Positions 6,570 through 17,525 of a stretch of 64,000 nt of DNA are shown here, piece by piece. The DNA lies in assembly GCA_016219005.1 (NCBI GenBank), contig JACRCN010000055.1, positions 1,535 to 65,534 on the forward strand. The letters are read 5' to 3'. The notes below the pieces were generated by a model. It was not told the DNA's origin and made no database searches. It saw only the letters and a list, made by a program, of their open reading frames with translations. How positions within the stretch are numbered: the first letter of the stretch is position 1; each line of letters begins with the position of its first letter. This stretch comes from Deltaproteobacteria bacterium (lineage in GTDB: Bacteria > Desulfobacterota > Desulfobacteria > Desulfobacterales > SpSt-501). A program made the translations under genes and the position numbers.

Positions 6570-7829
6570 ATGATGAGAAGGCTTTTCTTTAACATTATCT
6601 TCACGCACGTCTGTGCGATCCTGTTCACCGTCGGCCAGGCTCACGCAGCCGCCCCAACCGAGATCACCATCGGGGCGACCGCTCCTCTGACCGGGCCAGC
6701 GGCGGAAGCCGGCATCGCCCTGAAACAGGGTATCACGATGGTGGTAGAGGAGTGGAACGCGAAGGGCGGCATCGAGATCAAGGAAGCAGGCAAAAAGCTG
6801 CCGATCAAGGTCATCATAGAGGATTCGCAGTCCAAGCCCGAGGTCGGGGTCAGTGTGGGCGAAAAGCTGATCACCCGCGACAAGGTGCACTTCCTCATGG
6901 GGGACTGCTTTGCCTCCTCGGTCACGATGGCGATGATGGAGCTCGCCCCCAAGTATGGGATACCCATGATGAGTGTGGAGCCGGTCAGCGCTGAAATTGC
7001 CAAGAAGATCGAGAGCAACCCGCAGCGGTACTGGAGCTTCTGGAAGGGCGACTGGAACAGCGACGCGTACGCCAACACGATCTTCAGCACCTACAAGTAT
7101 CTCCTCGAAAACAAAATGTTCACTCCCAAAAACAAGACCATCGCCTTCATCGTGGAGGACACCGACTACGGGCGCTCCAACGCGGATAAATCCAAACAGC
7201 TCTTCAACGACATCGGCTGGAAGACGGCCGCGACCGAGACGGTCGCTCTCGGGTACACGGATTTCTACCCGCAGCTGACCAAGCTGAAAACGATGGAGCC
7301 TGACATCCTGGTGACCATCTTTACCTCTCTCGCCTCGGGGGTCGCGCATTCCAAGCAGTTCCACGAGGTGGGCCTAAAGTCCTCCCAGTTCGCGATCTAT
7401 TACCCGCTGCGGCCCGAGTACCGGGACCAGGCCGGCAAGGCTGGCGAGGCCCTCCTCTGGAGCCCGCTCAACTTCGACCCCGCTGGGAACGCGAAGCACA
7501 AGGAGTTCGCGGAAAAGGTCCAGAAGCGCTGGAACGTTAAGGCGAGCAGCGACCACATCTCGGGGTACGACGGCGCAAACAACGTGCTGCACTCGATCGA
7601 AAAGGCGGGAACGCTCGAGCCAAAGGCCGTGGTGGAATCTCTCTCCAAGCTGGATATGCCAGGATATTTCGGAAAATATGTCTTCGACCAGAAGACCCAC
7701 ACGATCAAGGACGGTGAGAGCTTCCTGCCGGTTCCGACCGCCCAGATCCAGGACGGGAACAACGTCATGGTCTGGCCGCCTTCCATGGCTGCCGGAAAAT
7801 ACAAGAAGCAGCCCTGGCTCCAGGATTGA
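6570..7829 (+). CDS. ABC transporter substrate-binding protein (LivK/Peripla_BP_6-like)
   Basis: AAGGAGG SD upstream of ATG 6570. Signal peptide ...GQAHAAAP. First gene of an SBP-ATPase-ATPase-permease-permease operon. Confidence 0.85.
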   Translation: MMRRLFFNIIFTHVCAILFTVGQAHAAAPTEITIGATAPLTGPAAEAGIALKQGITMVVEEWNAKGGIEIKEAGKKLPIKVIIEDSQSKPEVGVSVGEKLITRDKVHFLMGDCFASSVTMAMMELAPKYGIPMMSVEPVSAEIAKKIESNPQRYWSFWKGDWNSDAYANTIFSTYKYLLENKMFTPKNKTIAFIVEDTDYGRSNADKSKQLFNDIGWKTAATETVALGYTDFYPQLTKLKTMEPDILVTIFTSLASGVAHSKQFHEVGLKSSQFAIYYPLRPEYRDQAGKAGEALLWSPLNFDPAGNAKHKEFAEKVQKRWNVKASSDHISGYDGANNVLHSIEKAGTLEPKAVVESLSKLDMPGYFGKYVFDQKTHTIKDGESFLPVPTAQIQDGNNVMVWPPSMAAGKYKKQPWLQD

Positions 7830-7843
7830 CCCGACGAACTGCA

Positions 7844-7872
7844 GGGGGAGGCTCGAAAGCCTCCCCTTTTTT
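7844..7872 (+). terminator. intra-operon hairpin plus T-run after the SBP gene (partial terminator)
   Basis: GGGGGAGGCT-CGAA-AGCCTCCCC followed by TTTTTT. Confidence 0.6.
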
Positions 7873-7887
7873 CTGGAGAACCGACCC

Positions 7888-8658
7888 ATGGAATCCGCCA
7901 ACCCGAACAAGCCCCATATCCTCTCGTGCCACGGGGTGACCAAGCACTTCGGCGGTCTCGCCGCGGTCAAAGAAGTTTTTTTCGATATGGCTGAAAACGA
8001 GGTCCTTGGCCTTATCGGGCCGAACGGGGCCGGCAAGACGACGCTTTTCAACCTGATTGCCGGCGCCATCCGGCCGGATAAGGGGTCCATCTGCTTCGAA
8101 GGCAGGGACATCACGGGATTTAAGCCGAACCTGATCTGCCGCATGGGGCTTGGCCGGACTTACCAGATCACCAAACCGTTCCTGCAGATGACGGTTCTGG
8201 AGAACGTCATCTGCGCCTGCTACTTCGGTACGGACGAGAAGAGAACATTGAAAGACTGCACCGAAGTGGCCAAAGGCATCCTGAACCGGATCGGCCTTGT
8301 CGGCAAGATCAAGAAGTACGGCGCGGAGCTCACCCTGGTTGAGAGAAAGCGCCTGGAGTTCGCGCGGGCCCTGGGGACCAAACCAAGGATACTGCTCCTG
8401 GACGAAGTGATCGCCGGGCTTAACCCGACCGAGACCCAGGAGATGGTGGATATTCTAAGCGATATTCGCACGCAGGGCATCAGCATCCTGATGATCGAGC
8501 ACGTCATGAAGGCCGTCATGGGGGTGTCCGACCGGGTGATTGTTTTGAATCACGGGCAGAAGATCGCCGAGGGGCTGCCGGCCGAGATCGTGTCCAACAG
8601 CGAAGTGATCGAGGCATATCTGGGGGGTATGCACCATGCTCAAACTGTCGAAGGTTGA
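7888..8658 (+). CDS. ABC transporter ATP-binding protein (LivG-like)
   Basis: Walker A GPNGAGKTT. Start taken at MESANPNKPHIL. The 5' part of the tracked ORF overlaps the SBP gene and is not coding. Confidence 0.9.
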   Translation: MESANPNKPHILSCHGVTKHFGGLAAVKEVFFDMAENEVLGLIGPNGAGKTTLFNLIAGAIRPDKGSICFEGRDITGFKPNLICRMGLGRTYQITKPFLQMTVLENVICACYFGTDEKRTLKDCTEVAKGILNRIGLVGKIKKYGAELTLVERKRLEFARALGTKPRILLLDEVIAGLNPTETQEMVDILSDIRTQGISILMIEHVMKAVMGVSDRVIVLNHGQKIAEGLPAEIVSNSEVIEAYLGGMHHAQTVEG

Positions 8659-9340
8659 TGCCTTTTACGGAGATGCCCAGGCGCTCTGGGATGTCGAACT
8701 GGAAGTGGACTCCGGAGAAGTCGTCACCTTGCTGGGCTCCAACGGCGCCGGCAAGTCAACGGTCTTGAGAGCGATTTCGGGTCTGCTCCCCATTCGCAAG
8801 GGTGCGATCGTCTTCAATAACATCCGACTTGACCAGATCGACCCTTTCAAGATTGTCGGCCAAGGGATCGCCCACGTGCCGGAGGGCAGGAAGGTGTTCC
8901 CGAGCATGACGGTGCGCGACAACCTCCTGGCAGGTGCCTATCACTCGAACTTTTGGTCCAAGCGCGAAGAAACCCTGGAGAACGTCTTCCACATGTTCCC
9001 GTGGCTCTCCGACCGCAGAAACCAGATGGCGGGAACCTTGAGCGGTGGTGAGCAGCAGATGCTTGCGATCGGCAGGGGGCTCATGTCGAACCCGCGCCTT
9101 CTGATGCTGGACGAGCCATCCCTCGGGCTTGCGCCCAAAATCGTGGAGATGATCTTCGAGATCATCATCAGCATCAACAAGAGCGGGACAACTATTCTGT
9201 TGAATGAGCAGAATGCCCATATCGCGCTCCAGGTAGCCAACCGCGCCTATGTCATGGAAACTGGCAAGATCACGCTCAGCGGCGCGGCCTCCGAGCTTGC
9301 AAGCAATGCCCACATCCGCAGCGCATACCTGGGCTTCTGA
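8636..9340 (+). CDS. ABC transporter ATP-binding protein (LivF-like)
   Basis: GSNGAGKST Walker A, LSGGEQQMLAIGRGL signature, LLMLDEPSLGL Walker B. Confidence 0.9.
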   Translation: MLKLSKVDAFYGDAQALWDVELEVDSGEVVTLLGSNGAGKSTVLRAISGLLPIRKGAIVFNNIRLDQIDPFKIVGQGIAHVPEGRKVFPSMTVRDNLLAGAYHSNFWSKREETLENVFHMFPWLSDRRNQMAGTLSGGEQQMLAIGRGLMSNPRLLMLDEPSLGLAPKIVEMIFEIIISINKSGTTILLNEQNAHIALQVANRAYVMETGKITLSGAASELASNAHIRSAYLGF

Positions 9341-9373
9341 CGATCCGGTCAAGCAGCATAGGGGAGAAGGTCT

Positions 9374-10252
9374 GTGATAACGGGAAAGTTGATCGTTGAG
9401 CAATTGGTCAATGGGCTGGTCTTAGGATGCATGTACGCGTCCATCGCGAGCGGCCTCACGCTGATCTGGGGCACGATGAAAATGCTCAACTTCGCCCATG
9501 GCGAATTCTACATGATCGGCGGCTACTTCGTGTTCTTCGCCCTGAACCTGCTGGGCATCCCAGGGATCTGGTGCCTGGTCATCTCGGTTGCCATCGTTCT
9601 GGTCCTGGGCATGCTGCTCGAGAAGACCATCATCGAGCCCCTGCTCGGAAAGCCCGGCTGGGAGCTGAGCCCGCTCGTCGTCACCGTCGGGGCGTCGATC
9701 GCGATCCAAAACGGGGCGCTCAAGCTCTGGGGCGAGCACATCAAAAACCTTCCCTACTACATCGAGGGCACGGTCGAGCTAATGGGGGTGCGGCTTGCCT
9801 ACCAGCGGCTGATGATCCTGTTCGTCACCGCGTTCGTCATGCTCGGGTTCTGGGTGTACACCAAGAAGTCCCGGTTCGGCCTCGGGCTTAGAGCGGTCGC
9901 GCAGGACCGGGATGCCGCGACCCTGATGGGGATCGACTTCAAGCGGGTCTACACGGTAACTTTCGGGATCAGTTGTGCCATGGCCGCACTCGCCGCGGCA
10001 CTGCTCTCTCCGATCTTTTCGATCAGCCCGTGGATGGGTCATGCCGCCCTGACCAAGGGGTTCATCGCGGTCGTTCTGGGCGGCTTGGGGAGCTTCGAGG
10101 GCGCCATATTAGCCGGCGTTCTGCTCGGGTCGGTCGAGAGCCTGGCCGTCATCTTTCTTTCCTCCGAGTGGAAAGACGTGGTCTCCTTCTCCATCTTCAT
10201 CATCATGCTGACGCTCAAACCCGCCGGGCTCTTTGGATCAAAGGAGTGGTAA
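9374..10252 (+). CDS. branched-chain-type ABC permease (LivH-like)
   Basis: Multi-TM protein with the LivH-like N-terminus QLVNGLVLGCMYASIASGLTLIWG. Confidence 0.9.
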   Translation: MITGKLIVEQLVNGLVLGCMYASIASGLTLIWGTMKMLNFAHGEFYMIGGYFVFFALNLLGIPGIWCLVISVAIVLVLGMLLEKTIIEPLLGKPGWELSPLVVTVGASIAIQNGALKLWGEHIKNLPYYIEGTVELMGVRLAYQRLMILFVTAFVMLGFWVYTKKSRFGLGLRAVAQDRDAATLMGIDFKRVYTVTFGISCAMAALAAALLSPIFSISPWMGHAALTKGFIAVVLGGLGSFEGAILAGVLLGSVESLAVIFLSSEWKDVVSFSIFIIMLTLKPAGLFGSKEW

Positions 10253-10255
10253 CCC

Positions 10256-11245
10256 ATGCCTAAAGCATTCGAGCTCCCGTTTTCCCGATTGGACAGCTAT
10301 CACGGGTTTTACGCTTTTTCTGCGTTTCTCCTGGCATTCCCGGTCTTCTCCCAGGACCCTTATATCCTGAACATCTTCATCATCAGCCTCATTTTCTCGA
10401 TCCTCGCGGTCAGCTGGAACTTCATCTGCGGATACACCGGCATTTTCACGTTCGGTCACCAGGCCTTCTTCGGCTTGGGCGCATACGTTTCCGCTTTGCT
10501 GTCGATGAAGCTGAACGTTTCACCCTGGTTCGGCCTGGTGATCGGGGGCCTCGCTTCCGGGACGATAAGCTTTCTCATCGGATTGCCTTGCCTCAGACTC
10601 AAGGCAGCGCCCTACATTGCCATCATGACGCTCGCCTTCTCGGAGATCCTGAGAATCACCTGCATGAACCTGGTGAACCTCACCCGCGGCGAAATGGGCC
10701 TCTGGGGGATACCCAACTTCCCGGACGTGAGCCTCGGCTCCTATACGATCAATTTCGGCGGAGCCGACCGGGTGCCGTATTACTACCTGATCCTGATTGT
10801 GTTCATCGTTCTCATGATCTGCCTCTCGACAGTCCTCAAGAGTCCCATCGGGCTTGCGTTCAAATCGATACGGGATTCTCAGGAGGCAGCCGAAAGCATC
10901 GGGATAAACGTCACCCGTTATAAGCTGTTGGCCTTTGTCGCGAGCGCCTTTTTTGCCGGGGTGGTGGGGAGCTTCTATGCCCATTACATCCTGATCCTGA
11001 CCCCGACATCTCTCTTCAATCTGGGCATCATGGTCGAGATCATGGCGATGACCCTCATGGGGGGCTTGGGCACCTTCCTGGGGCCGGTGCTTGTGGCCTT
11101 CGGGCTGACGGTGGGGCTGGAGTACTTAAGGTTCCTCGGGGACTACCGGTTCATCACATACGGAATTCTTTTGGTGTTGATCGTTATCTTCATGCCCCAG
11201 GGTCTGGGGAAGAACATCTTCAAGGACCGGGAGCTGGCAACCTGA
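10256..11245 (+). CDS. branched-chain-type ABC permease (LivM-like)
   Basis: Multi-TM. GYTGIFTFGHQAFFGLGAYV is typical of LivM. Confidence 0.9.
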   Translation: MPKAFELPFSRLDSYHGFYAFSAFLLAFPVFSQDPYILNIFIISLIFSILAVSWNFICGYTGIFTFGHQAFFGLGAYVSALLSMKLNVSPWFGLVIGGLASGTISFLIGLPCLRLKAAPYIAIMTLAFSEILRITCMNLVNLTRGEMGLWGIPNFPDVSLGSYTINFGGADRVPYYYLILIVFIVLMICLSTVLKSPIGLAFKSIRDSQEAAESIGINVTRYKLLAFVASAFFAGVVGSFYAHYILILTPTSLFNLGIMVEIMAMTLMGGLGTFLGPVLVAFGLTVGLEYLRFLGDYRFITYGILLVLIVIFMPQGLGKNIFKDRELAT

Positions 11246-11262
11246 ACGAAAGGATATCGCCT

Positions 11263-12072
11263 ATGAAGGTAGCGGGGATTCAGATGGGGGCCACTGGTTC
11301 CAAAAATGAAAACATCGCCAAGGCCAGGTGGCTGATCGAAATTGCGGTCCAATCCAAGCCGGACATCATCTGCCTGCCCGAGCTCTTCACCTACCTGCCA
11401 GCACAGACGGATCGCTTCGATGACGTTTTGCCTCTGGCGGAAGCCAGGAACGGCAGCGTCTCGCAGATGTTCTCGGAATACGCCAGAAAAGCGGGCGCCC
11501 TAATCCTGGGGGGCAGCTTCATGCACTCCGTCGGGGGGAAGGTCTACAACACGGCCTTCCTGTTCGACCCCTCCGGCGAGATCGTCGCCGAGTACAGCAA
11601 GATACACCTCTTCGACACGCCGGATTACCAGGAATCCAAACACATCACGCCCGGGGAACGCGTAACCGTCCTCGAGACGCGCTTCGGAAAGATCGGCATC
11701 ATCATCTGCTACGACATCCGCTTCCCCGAGCTCGCCCGAACGCTGGCCCTGAAAGGCGCTGAAATCATCCTCTGCCCGGCCGCATTTCCGATCGCATCAC
11801 CCTCGCCGGGCTTCGACCACTGGCAGATCCTCACGCGCGCGATCGCGCTGCAGAACATGGTCTACGTCCTGGCAGTCAACCAGTTCGGCCACCGCGACCC
11901 GTTTTATTTCTTCGGCCGCAGCTGCCTCATTGACCCCTGGGGGATCGAGGTCGCCGCAGCACCGAACCGGGAGTGCGTGTTCGTGGGCGAGATTGACCTC
12001 GATTATTTGAACGCGATGCGGGAGATCAGAAGCCCGCTCAGACACCGTAGGCCGCACCTGTACCAACTGTAA
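11263..12072 (+). CDS. carbon-nitrogen hydrolase family amidase/nitrilase-like
   Basis: E-K-C triad contexts ICLPELF, YSKIHLF and IIICYDIRFPE. Confidence 0.85.
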   Translation: MKVAGIQMGATGSKNENIAKARWLIEIAVQSKPDIICLPELFTYLPAQTDRFDDVLPLAEARNGSVSQMFSEYARKAGALILGGSFMHSVGGKVYNTAFLFDPSGEIVAEYSKIHLFDTPDYQESKHITPGERVTVLETRFGKIGIIICYDIRFPELARTLALKGAEIILCPAAFPIASPSPGFDHWQILTRAIALQNMVYVLAVNQFGHRDPFYFFGRSCLIDPWGIEVAAAPNRECVFVGEIDLDYLNAMREIRSPLRHRRPHLYQL

Positions 12073-12090
12073 ACCGGAGGGGCGCAACAA

Positions 12091-13530
12091 ATGGACAAGG
12101 ACAAGGGGTTCATCGATTCGTATCTGAAGACCAATGCCAGGGAATTCTTCCCGTACTCGGACGCGATCTGGACATATGCCGAGCTCGGCTGTTCCGAAGA
12201 CAAATCCTCGGAGCTCCTCTGCAGACTCCTTGAAAGCCACGGGTTCAAGGTGGCCAAGGGGGTCGCCCAGATGCCGACCGCGTTTGTCGCCGAATGGGGA
12301 AAAGGTGCGCCGACGATCGGCTTCAACTGCGAGTACGATGCGCTGCCCGGGCTTTCGCAGTCCGAAAAGGAGACTAAAGAGCCGGTCGTAGCTGGCGCCC
12401 CGGGGCACGGCTGCGGGCACAACATACTCGGGGTCGGGTCCATCATGGCGGCGGTTGCCTTAAAAAACTGGATACAGAGTGTCAACGCGACCGGGACCAT
12501 AAAAGTGTTCGGGACACCGGCCGAAGAGATCTGTGTCGGTAAGCCATTCATGGCGAGGGATGGGCTTTTCAACGGATGCGATGCGATCCTTGACTGGCAC
12601 CCTTGGGATAAGAACGGGGCCAATTACGATACCTGCAACGCGTATTTCAATATCAAGTACCACTTCAGCGGGCGGACCTCGCACGGGAACTCCCCCTGGG
12701 AGGGGCGAAGTGCATTGGATACCGGGCTTCTGATGGGGCATGCAATCGAGATGCTGCGAGAGCACATACCGCCGAACACTCCTGACGCCGCGAACACCGT
12801 GAACTACACGTTTTCAGATGTCGGGCCCGAGTACGCGAGTGTGGTCCCCGACCGGTGCACCCTCTGGGTCGTCGGGCGCATGAACACCTCCGATCTCGCG
12901 GAAACCATCATCCAGCGGCTGCACAAATGCGCGGAGGGTGCCAGCATTGCGACCGGGACCTCCTGGCGCTATGAGATGATCACGGCAAGCCACGAAAAAA
13001 TCCCCAACAAGACCCTTGCTTCCGTCCTGCACAAGAATCTCGCCCAGATCGGACCACCGGCTTTCGAGCCACATGAGATCGAACTCGCCAAGAGTTGGCA
13101 AAAGGAGCTCCAGGTCCCGGAAAACGGGCTCTCACAGGCGATCGAGCCCTTCCACGGCGGGGCATCCGCAGTCTCGGACAACTCCGAGTTTAGCTGGTTT
13201 GCGCCGTTTGCGATGGTCTGGATCGCCGGCGGGCCGACGGGCATAGGGTGGCACAACTGGCAGATCAGCCAATGCTCCGGTGGGAGCGTCGGCAGGAGGG
13301 CCATGCAGGTCGCCGCGAATGTGCTCGCCTGCTCGGCGATCGACCTGATCCAAAACCCCGAAATAATCAAGGAAGCCAAGAAGGAGCTTGCGAACATCCT
13401 CGGCAGCAGAAAGTACAAACCGTTACTACCGGAAGGCACCACTCCTCCGATAAACATCAACGAGAAGACCATGGAGAAATACCGGTCCCTTATGGCCGAG
13501 TTTTATAAGAGCAATCCGGCTGCCAAGTGA
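12091..13530 (+). CDS. M20-family amidohydrolase (AbgB-like)
   Basis: APGHGCGHNILGVGS motif. Length ~479 aa, typical of AbgB-type amidohydrolases. Confidence 0.8.
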   Translation: MDKDKGFIDSYLKTNAREFFPYSDAIWTYAELGCSEDKSSELLCRLLESHGFKVAKGVAQMPTAFVAEWGKGAPTIGFNCEYDALPGLSQSEKETKEPVVAGAPGHGCGHNILGVGSIMAAVALKNWIQSVNATGTIKVFGTPAEEICVGKPFMARDGLFNGCDAILDWHPWDKNGANYDTCNAYFNIKYHFSGRTSHGNSPWEGRSALDTGLLMGHAIEMLREHIPPNTPDAANTVNYTFSDVGPEYASVVPDRCTLWVVGRMNTSDLAETIIQRLHKCAEGASIATGTSWRYEMITASHEKIPNKTLASVLHKNLAQIGPPAFEPHEIELAKSWQKELQVPENGLSQAIEPFHGGASAVSDNSEFSWFAPFAMVWIAGGPTGIGWHNWQISQCSGGSVGRRAMQVAANVLACSAIDLIQNPEIIKEAKKELANILGSRKYKPLLPEGTTPPININEKTMEKYRSLMAEFYKSNPAAK

Positions 13531-13734
13531 TTGGAAGCACATGGACGCCAGAACCGGATACTGAAAGCCGGGTGATTCATTCAAAACGGGGCTGGGATCA
13601 ATCGCTGGGCCCTTGTTTTGTTTGCGAGCGTTATAGCCATCTCTCAGCCATTGTCGACCGAACACCCCTTGTGACTTGGCGAGCGATTTCCTTTCCTCCA
13701 TGACCACCATTCCAATGTTATGGGCCTATCCAAA

Positions 13735-14004
13735 CTAATTCAGGGCATCCTTGAGAGCTTTGCCCGGCACAAACTTGGGAGCGTTGGAGGCGTTGATCTG
13801 GATTTCTGCGCCGGTCTGCGGGTTGCGGCCTGTGCGTGCACTGCGCCTGACCACCTTGAAGGTCCCAAATCCCACCAGGGTGACTCCATCACCTTTCTTC
13901 AGCGTGTTAACGATCGATTCAAAAACGCAATCCACCGCCGCCTGTGCTTCCGCCTTGCTGCTGACGACCTTAGCTACTTCGTTGACCAGATCTGCTTTGT
14001 TCAT
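13735..14004 (-). CDS. hup: HU family DNA-binding protein
   Basis: MNKADLVNEVA...GFGTFKVVRRSARTGRNPQTG...VPKF.PGKALKDALN is a canonical HU sequence. Confidence 0.95.
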   Translation of the reverse strand: MNKADLVNEVAKVVSSKAEAQAAVDCVFESIVNTLKKGDGVTLVGFGTFKVVRRSARTGRNPQTGAEIQINASNAPKFVPGKALKDALN

Positions 14005-14385
14005 GAATGTCTCCTTTCTTCACAGCGAGTTTCAAATGATATGCTCAAATACCCCGTTAAGGACAAAATTTCACTAAACGAAACGGGCGACCCCAAATTA
14101 AATGAGATCGCCCGGGTTTTGCATTGAAGTTCAGGAAGCGGATGGGCTCAAGCTGGATGGCGAAAGGAGGGTTGGCCGAACCTTCCGACATCAGCCCCCA
14201 TCCTCTTCCCGGGATCACGGGTTTCCCCGTTACCCGCAAAGACATTAGGATCTATTACCAAGCCTGTCAAGTGTCGGCAGAAAAAAATCCACACCGATGT
14301 GATGGCGAAATCTGGCATCCAATGAGCCATTCGGGATTCCCGATTCCCGCCCTGCCGCCTCAACGTCGATTGCGCCACCAAACGG

Positions 14386-15198
14386 TCACACGCCGCTGAG
14401 AACAGCCAGTCTCGAAACGACCTTCGACACTCCGGGCACACCCCTCACAGCAGCTTCAATATCCTGCGTTTCTTGATTGCCGGCGCTGATGCCGTAAACG
14501 TGCACGGTTCCCCTTGCAGGCACCTCCACAACGATGCTGTTCATGTGAACACCAATCTTCAGAAGAGCGGCGTGGACCTTCTTCTCGAGCGCCAGCTGAT
14601 CCATAGCCTCCAGCGCTTTCAGGCTGCACGTCCGGATACTCTCCGACCGGGCCGCCTGAACGATCAAGCTCGATGCGCTATCGATATCCAGCTTTTGCGT
14701 GTGGATGATCAAGTCATAGAGCGACGGGTCGTCCATTTCCAGGTGAAACGCAAAATTGAAAAAACCCGTCTGTTCCTGGTCGCGCTTACGGACCAATTTA
14801 AGGGCCGCATCCCGACTCAGGCCCAGTTGGGCCGCCATGTTCTCGACACGCTTCTGGTCCGATGAAAACACCCGGACGTGGAACGCACAGTCAAAATTGC
14901 GCAGCAGCATCTGGCTTCCGTGGCCGATAATCACCCCTTCGCCTTTGCGTGCCACCTCGTAAATCACCGATTCGAGCATATCCAGAAATACCTGGGGCCG
15001 GTGGCCCATGAACTGGTCCAGGAACCCAGGCGCCTTTTCATCGAAGCGGCTGACCTCCGCTGACGGTATTCCGCTCGCCTTGACAAGACTCTGCAGTTTC
15101 CGATCGTCGAACAGTTCGATCCCTAATTCGTCAGCCACTTTGCCAGCAATGGCCATCCCTTCCCCACCAAAATTCTGTGTGATCGTGATTAGCGCCAT
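14386..15198 (-). CDS. cytidylate kinase-like family protein with a C-terminal BON-like domain
   Basis: N-terminal ITITQNFGGEGMAIAGKVADELG. The C-terminal VHVYGISAGNQETQDIEAAVRGVPGVSKVV is BON-like. Confidence 0.65.
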   Translation of the reverse strand: MALITITQNFGGEGMAIAGKVADELGIELFDDRKLQSLVKASGIPSAEVSRFDEKAPGFLDQFMGHRPQVFLDMLESVIYEVARKGEGVIIGHGSQMLLRNFDCAFHVRVFSSDQKRVENMAAQLGLSRDAALKLVRKRDQEQTGFFNFAFHLEMDDPSLYDLIIHTQKLDIDSASSLIVQAARSESIRTCSLKALEAMDQLALEKKVHAALLKIGVHMNSIVVEVPARGTVHVYGISAGNQETQDIEAAVRGVPGVSKVVSRLAVLSGV

Positions 15199-15463
15199 TC
15201 TTCGCCTCCCTTGTTTGCATCCACCCCGATAAAAGCCGACGAAACGTCAACCGCTACCCGCGGAGCGCGTGGCTCGAATTTCAAATCAGCATCCATAAAA
15301 CCCAAAACACCTGTGTGCCCCAGCCGTTGCACGGGCAACCGGTCGTCCGGAACCCGGCTTGCGTGGCCGGAAATCATGCACCCGTAACTATATATTATGC
15401 ACGGGTTCTGCGCTGAGCAAGCAAATGGGGTGCACATGCGGGCGCCCCATTTTTGCGGGTGGG

Positions 15464-15946
15464 TCAGGGGATCTCCTCGAAGCGGCGGGCCTCACGGTTC
15501 TTGCGGACGTGGTCGATGGGGAAGACCCGGCCGCTCATGACGATGTAGACGCCGGGTGGAAGCGCCTGCAGGGCGCCGATGGCGCAGCCGATGTTGAAGG
15601 TCGCATCGCTTTGCCGGAAGCGGTAGGGGCTGAGCGCGCCGGTCAGCACGATCACCTTGCCGGGGAGGCCCTTAAGGGCGCGGCCGGTGTCCACCATGGT
15701 GTCGGTCCCGTGGGTTACCAGCGTCAGCCGGTGGGGTGAGGCGGCAATGCGTTGTCTCAAAAGCTGCCGGTCGGCCTCCGTCAGGTCCAGGCTGTCCTTG
15801 CGCACCACGTCCTCGACTTCGTAGTCGAAGTGGACCTCGGCCTCCTTGAGCACCTCAGCGACCTGGGGGTCGCCCACCTCGTAGCGGCTCAGATTGTCGA
15901 AGTAAAGCTTATCGATGGTCCCGCCCATGGAAAAAATCTTGATCTT
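15464..15946 (-). CDS. asparaginase N-terminal-domain protein
   Basis: MKIKIFSMGGTIDK and VTHGTDTM motifs. Start taken at Met23 of the tracked ORF. Confidence 0.75.
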   Translation of the reverse strand, partial: KIKIFSMGGTIDKLYFDNLSRYEVGDPQVAEVLKEAEVHFDYEVEDVVRKDSLDLTEADRQLLRQRIAASPHRLTLVTHGTDTMVDTGRALKGLPGKVIVLTGALSPYRFRQSDATFNIGCAIGALQALPPGVYIVMSGRVFPIDHVRKNREARRFEEIP

Positions 15947-16042
15947 CATGGACGCATGACCTCCACGGGGCGCCGTATGAGCTGAAAGCTCAAGGCAAAT
16001 AGGGGAAAGCATCCGTATGCATTTCCGCTTTCCGCATTTTCC

Positions 16043-16739
16043 CTATCCGCCCAGATAAGCCTCGCGCACCCGGACATCGGCAATAAGTTCCGCGCCTGTG
16101 CCCTGCAGCACGATGGCGCCCACCTCCAGCACATAGGCATAATGGGCGATCTTGAGGGCGGCAAAGGCGTTCTGCTCCACCAGCAGGACCGTTTTGCCCT
16201 GCTGGTGGATGGCGGCGATGATGTCGAAGACCTCTTTCACCAGCATGGGGGCCAACCCAAGCGAGGGCTCGTCCATCATGACCACGTCCGCTGCGCTCAT
16301 CAGCGCACGGCCGAGGGCCAGCATCTGCTGCTCGCCGCCCGAGAGGGTGCCGCCCTTCTGGTCCTTGCGCTCGCGCAGCTTGGGGAAAAGCTCAAAGATC
16401 CAGTCGATGTCCTTGCCGATCTGGGGCGCGTCGCTGCGGCTGTAGGCGCCCAGCCGCAGGTTCTCCAGCACCGTCAAGTGGGGGAAGATGCGGCGCCCCT
16501 CGGGCGACATCACGATTCCGGACTTGACGACTTCCACCGGTCCCAGTTTGGAGAGGTCTGAGCCGTTGTAGGTGATCGTGCCCTTTTTGTTCTTGATCAG
16601 TCCCGCTATGGCTCGCAGGGTGCTGCTCTTGCCGGCCCCGTTGCAGCCGATCAAGGTGACGACTTTGCCCTTGGGCACCTCGATGGAGATCCCCTTCAGG
16701 GCGTGGATGCCGCCGTAGTAGACGTGAAGGTCCTGAATC

Positions 16740-16747
<8 letters not shown>
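16043..16747 (-). CDS. ABC transporter ATP-binding protein (LivF-like)
   Basis: GCNGAGKSS, LSGGEQQMLALGRAL. Confidence 0.9.

Positions 16748-17514
<767 letters not shown>

Positions 17515-17525
<11 letters not shown>

Noticed and set aside
6567-7364. 265-aa minus-strand ORF, plus other ORFs overlapping the SBP gene
   Set aside because: It is antisense or off-frame to a well-supported substrate-binding protein gene, and its composition is artefactual.
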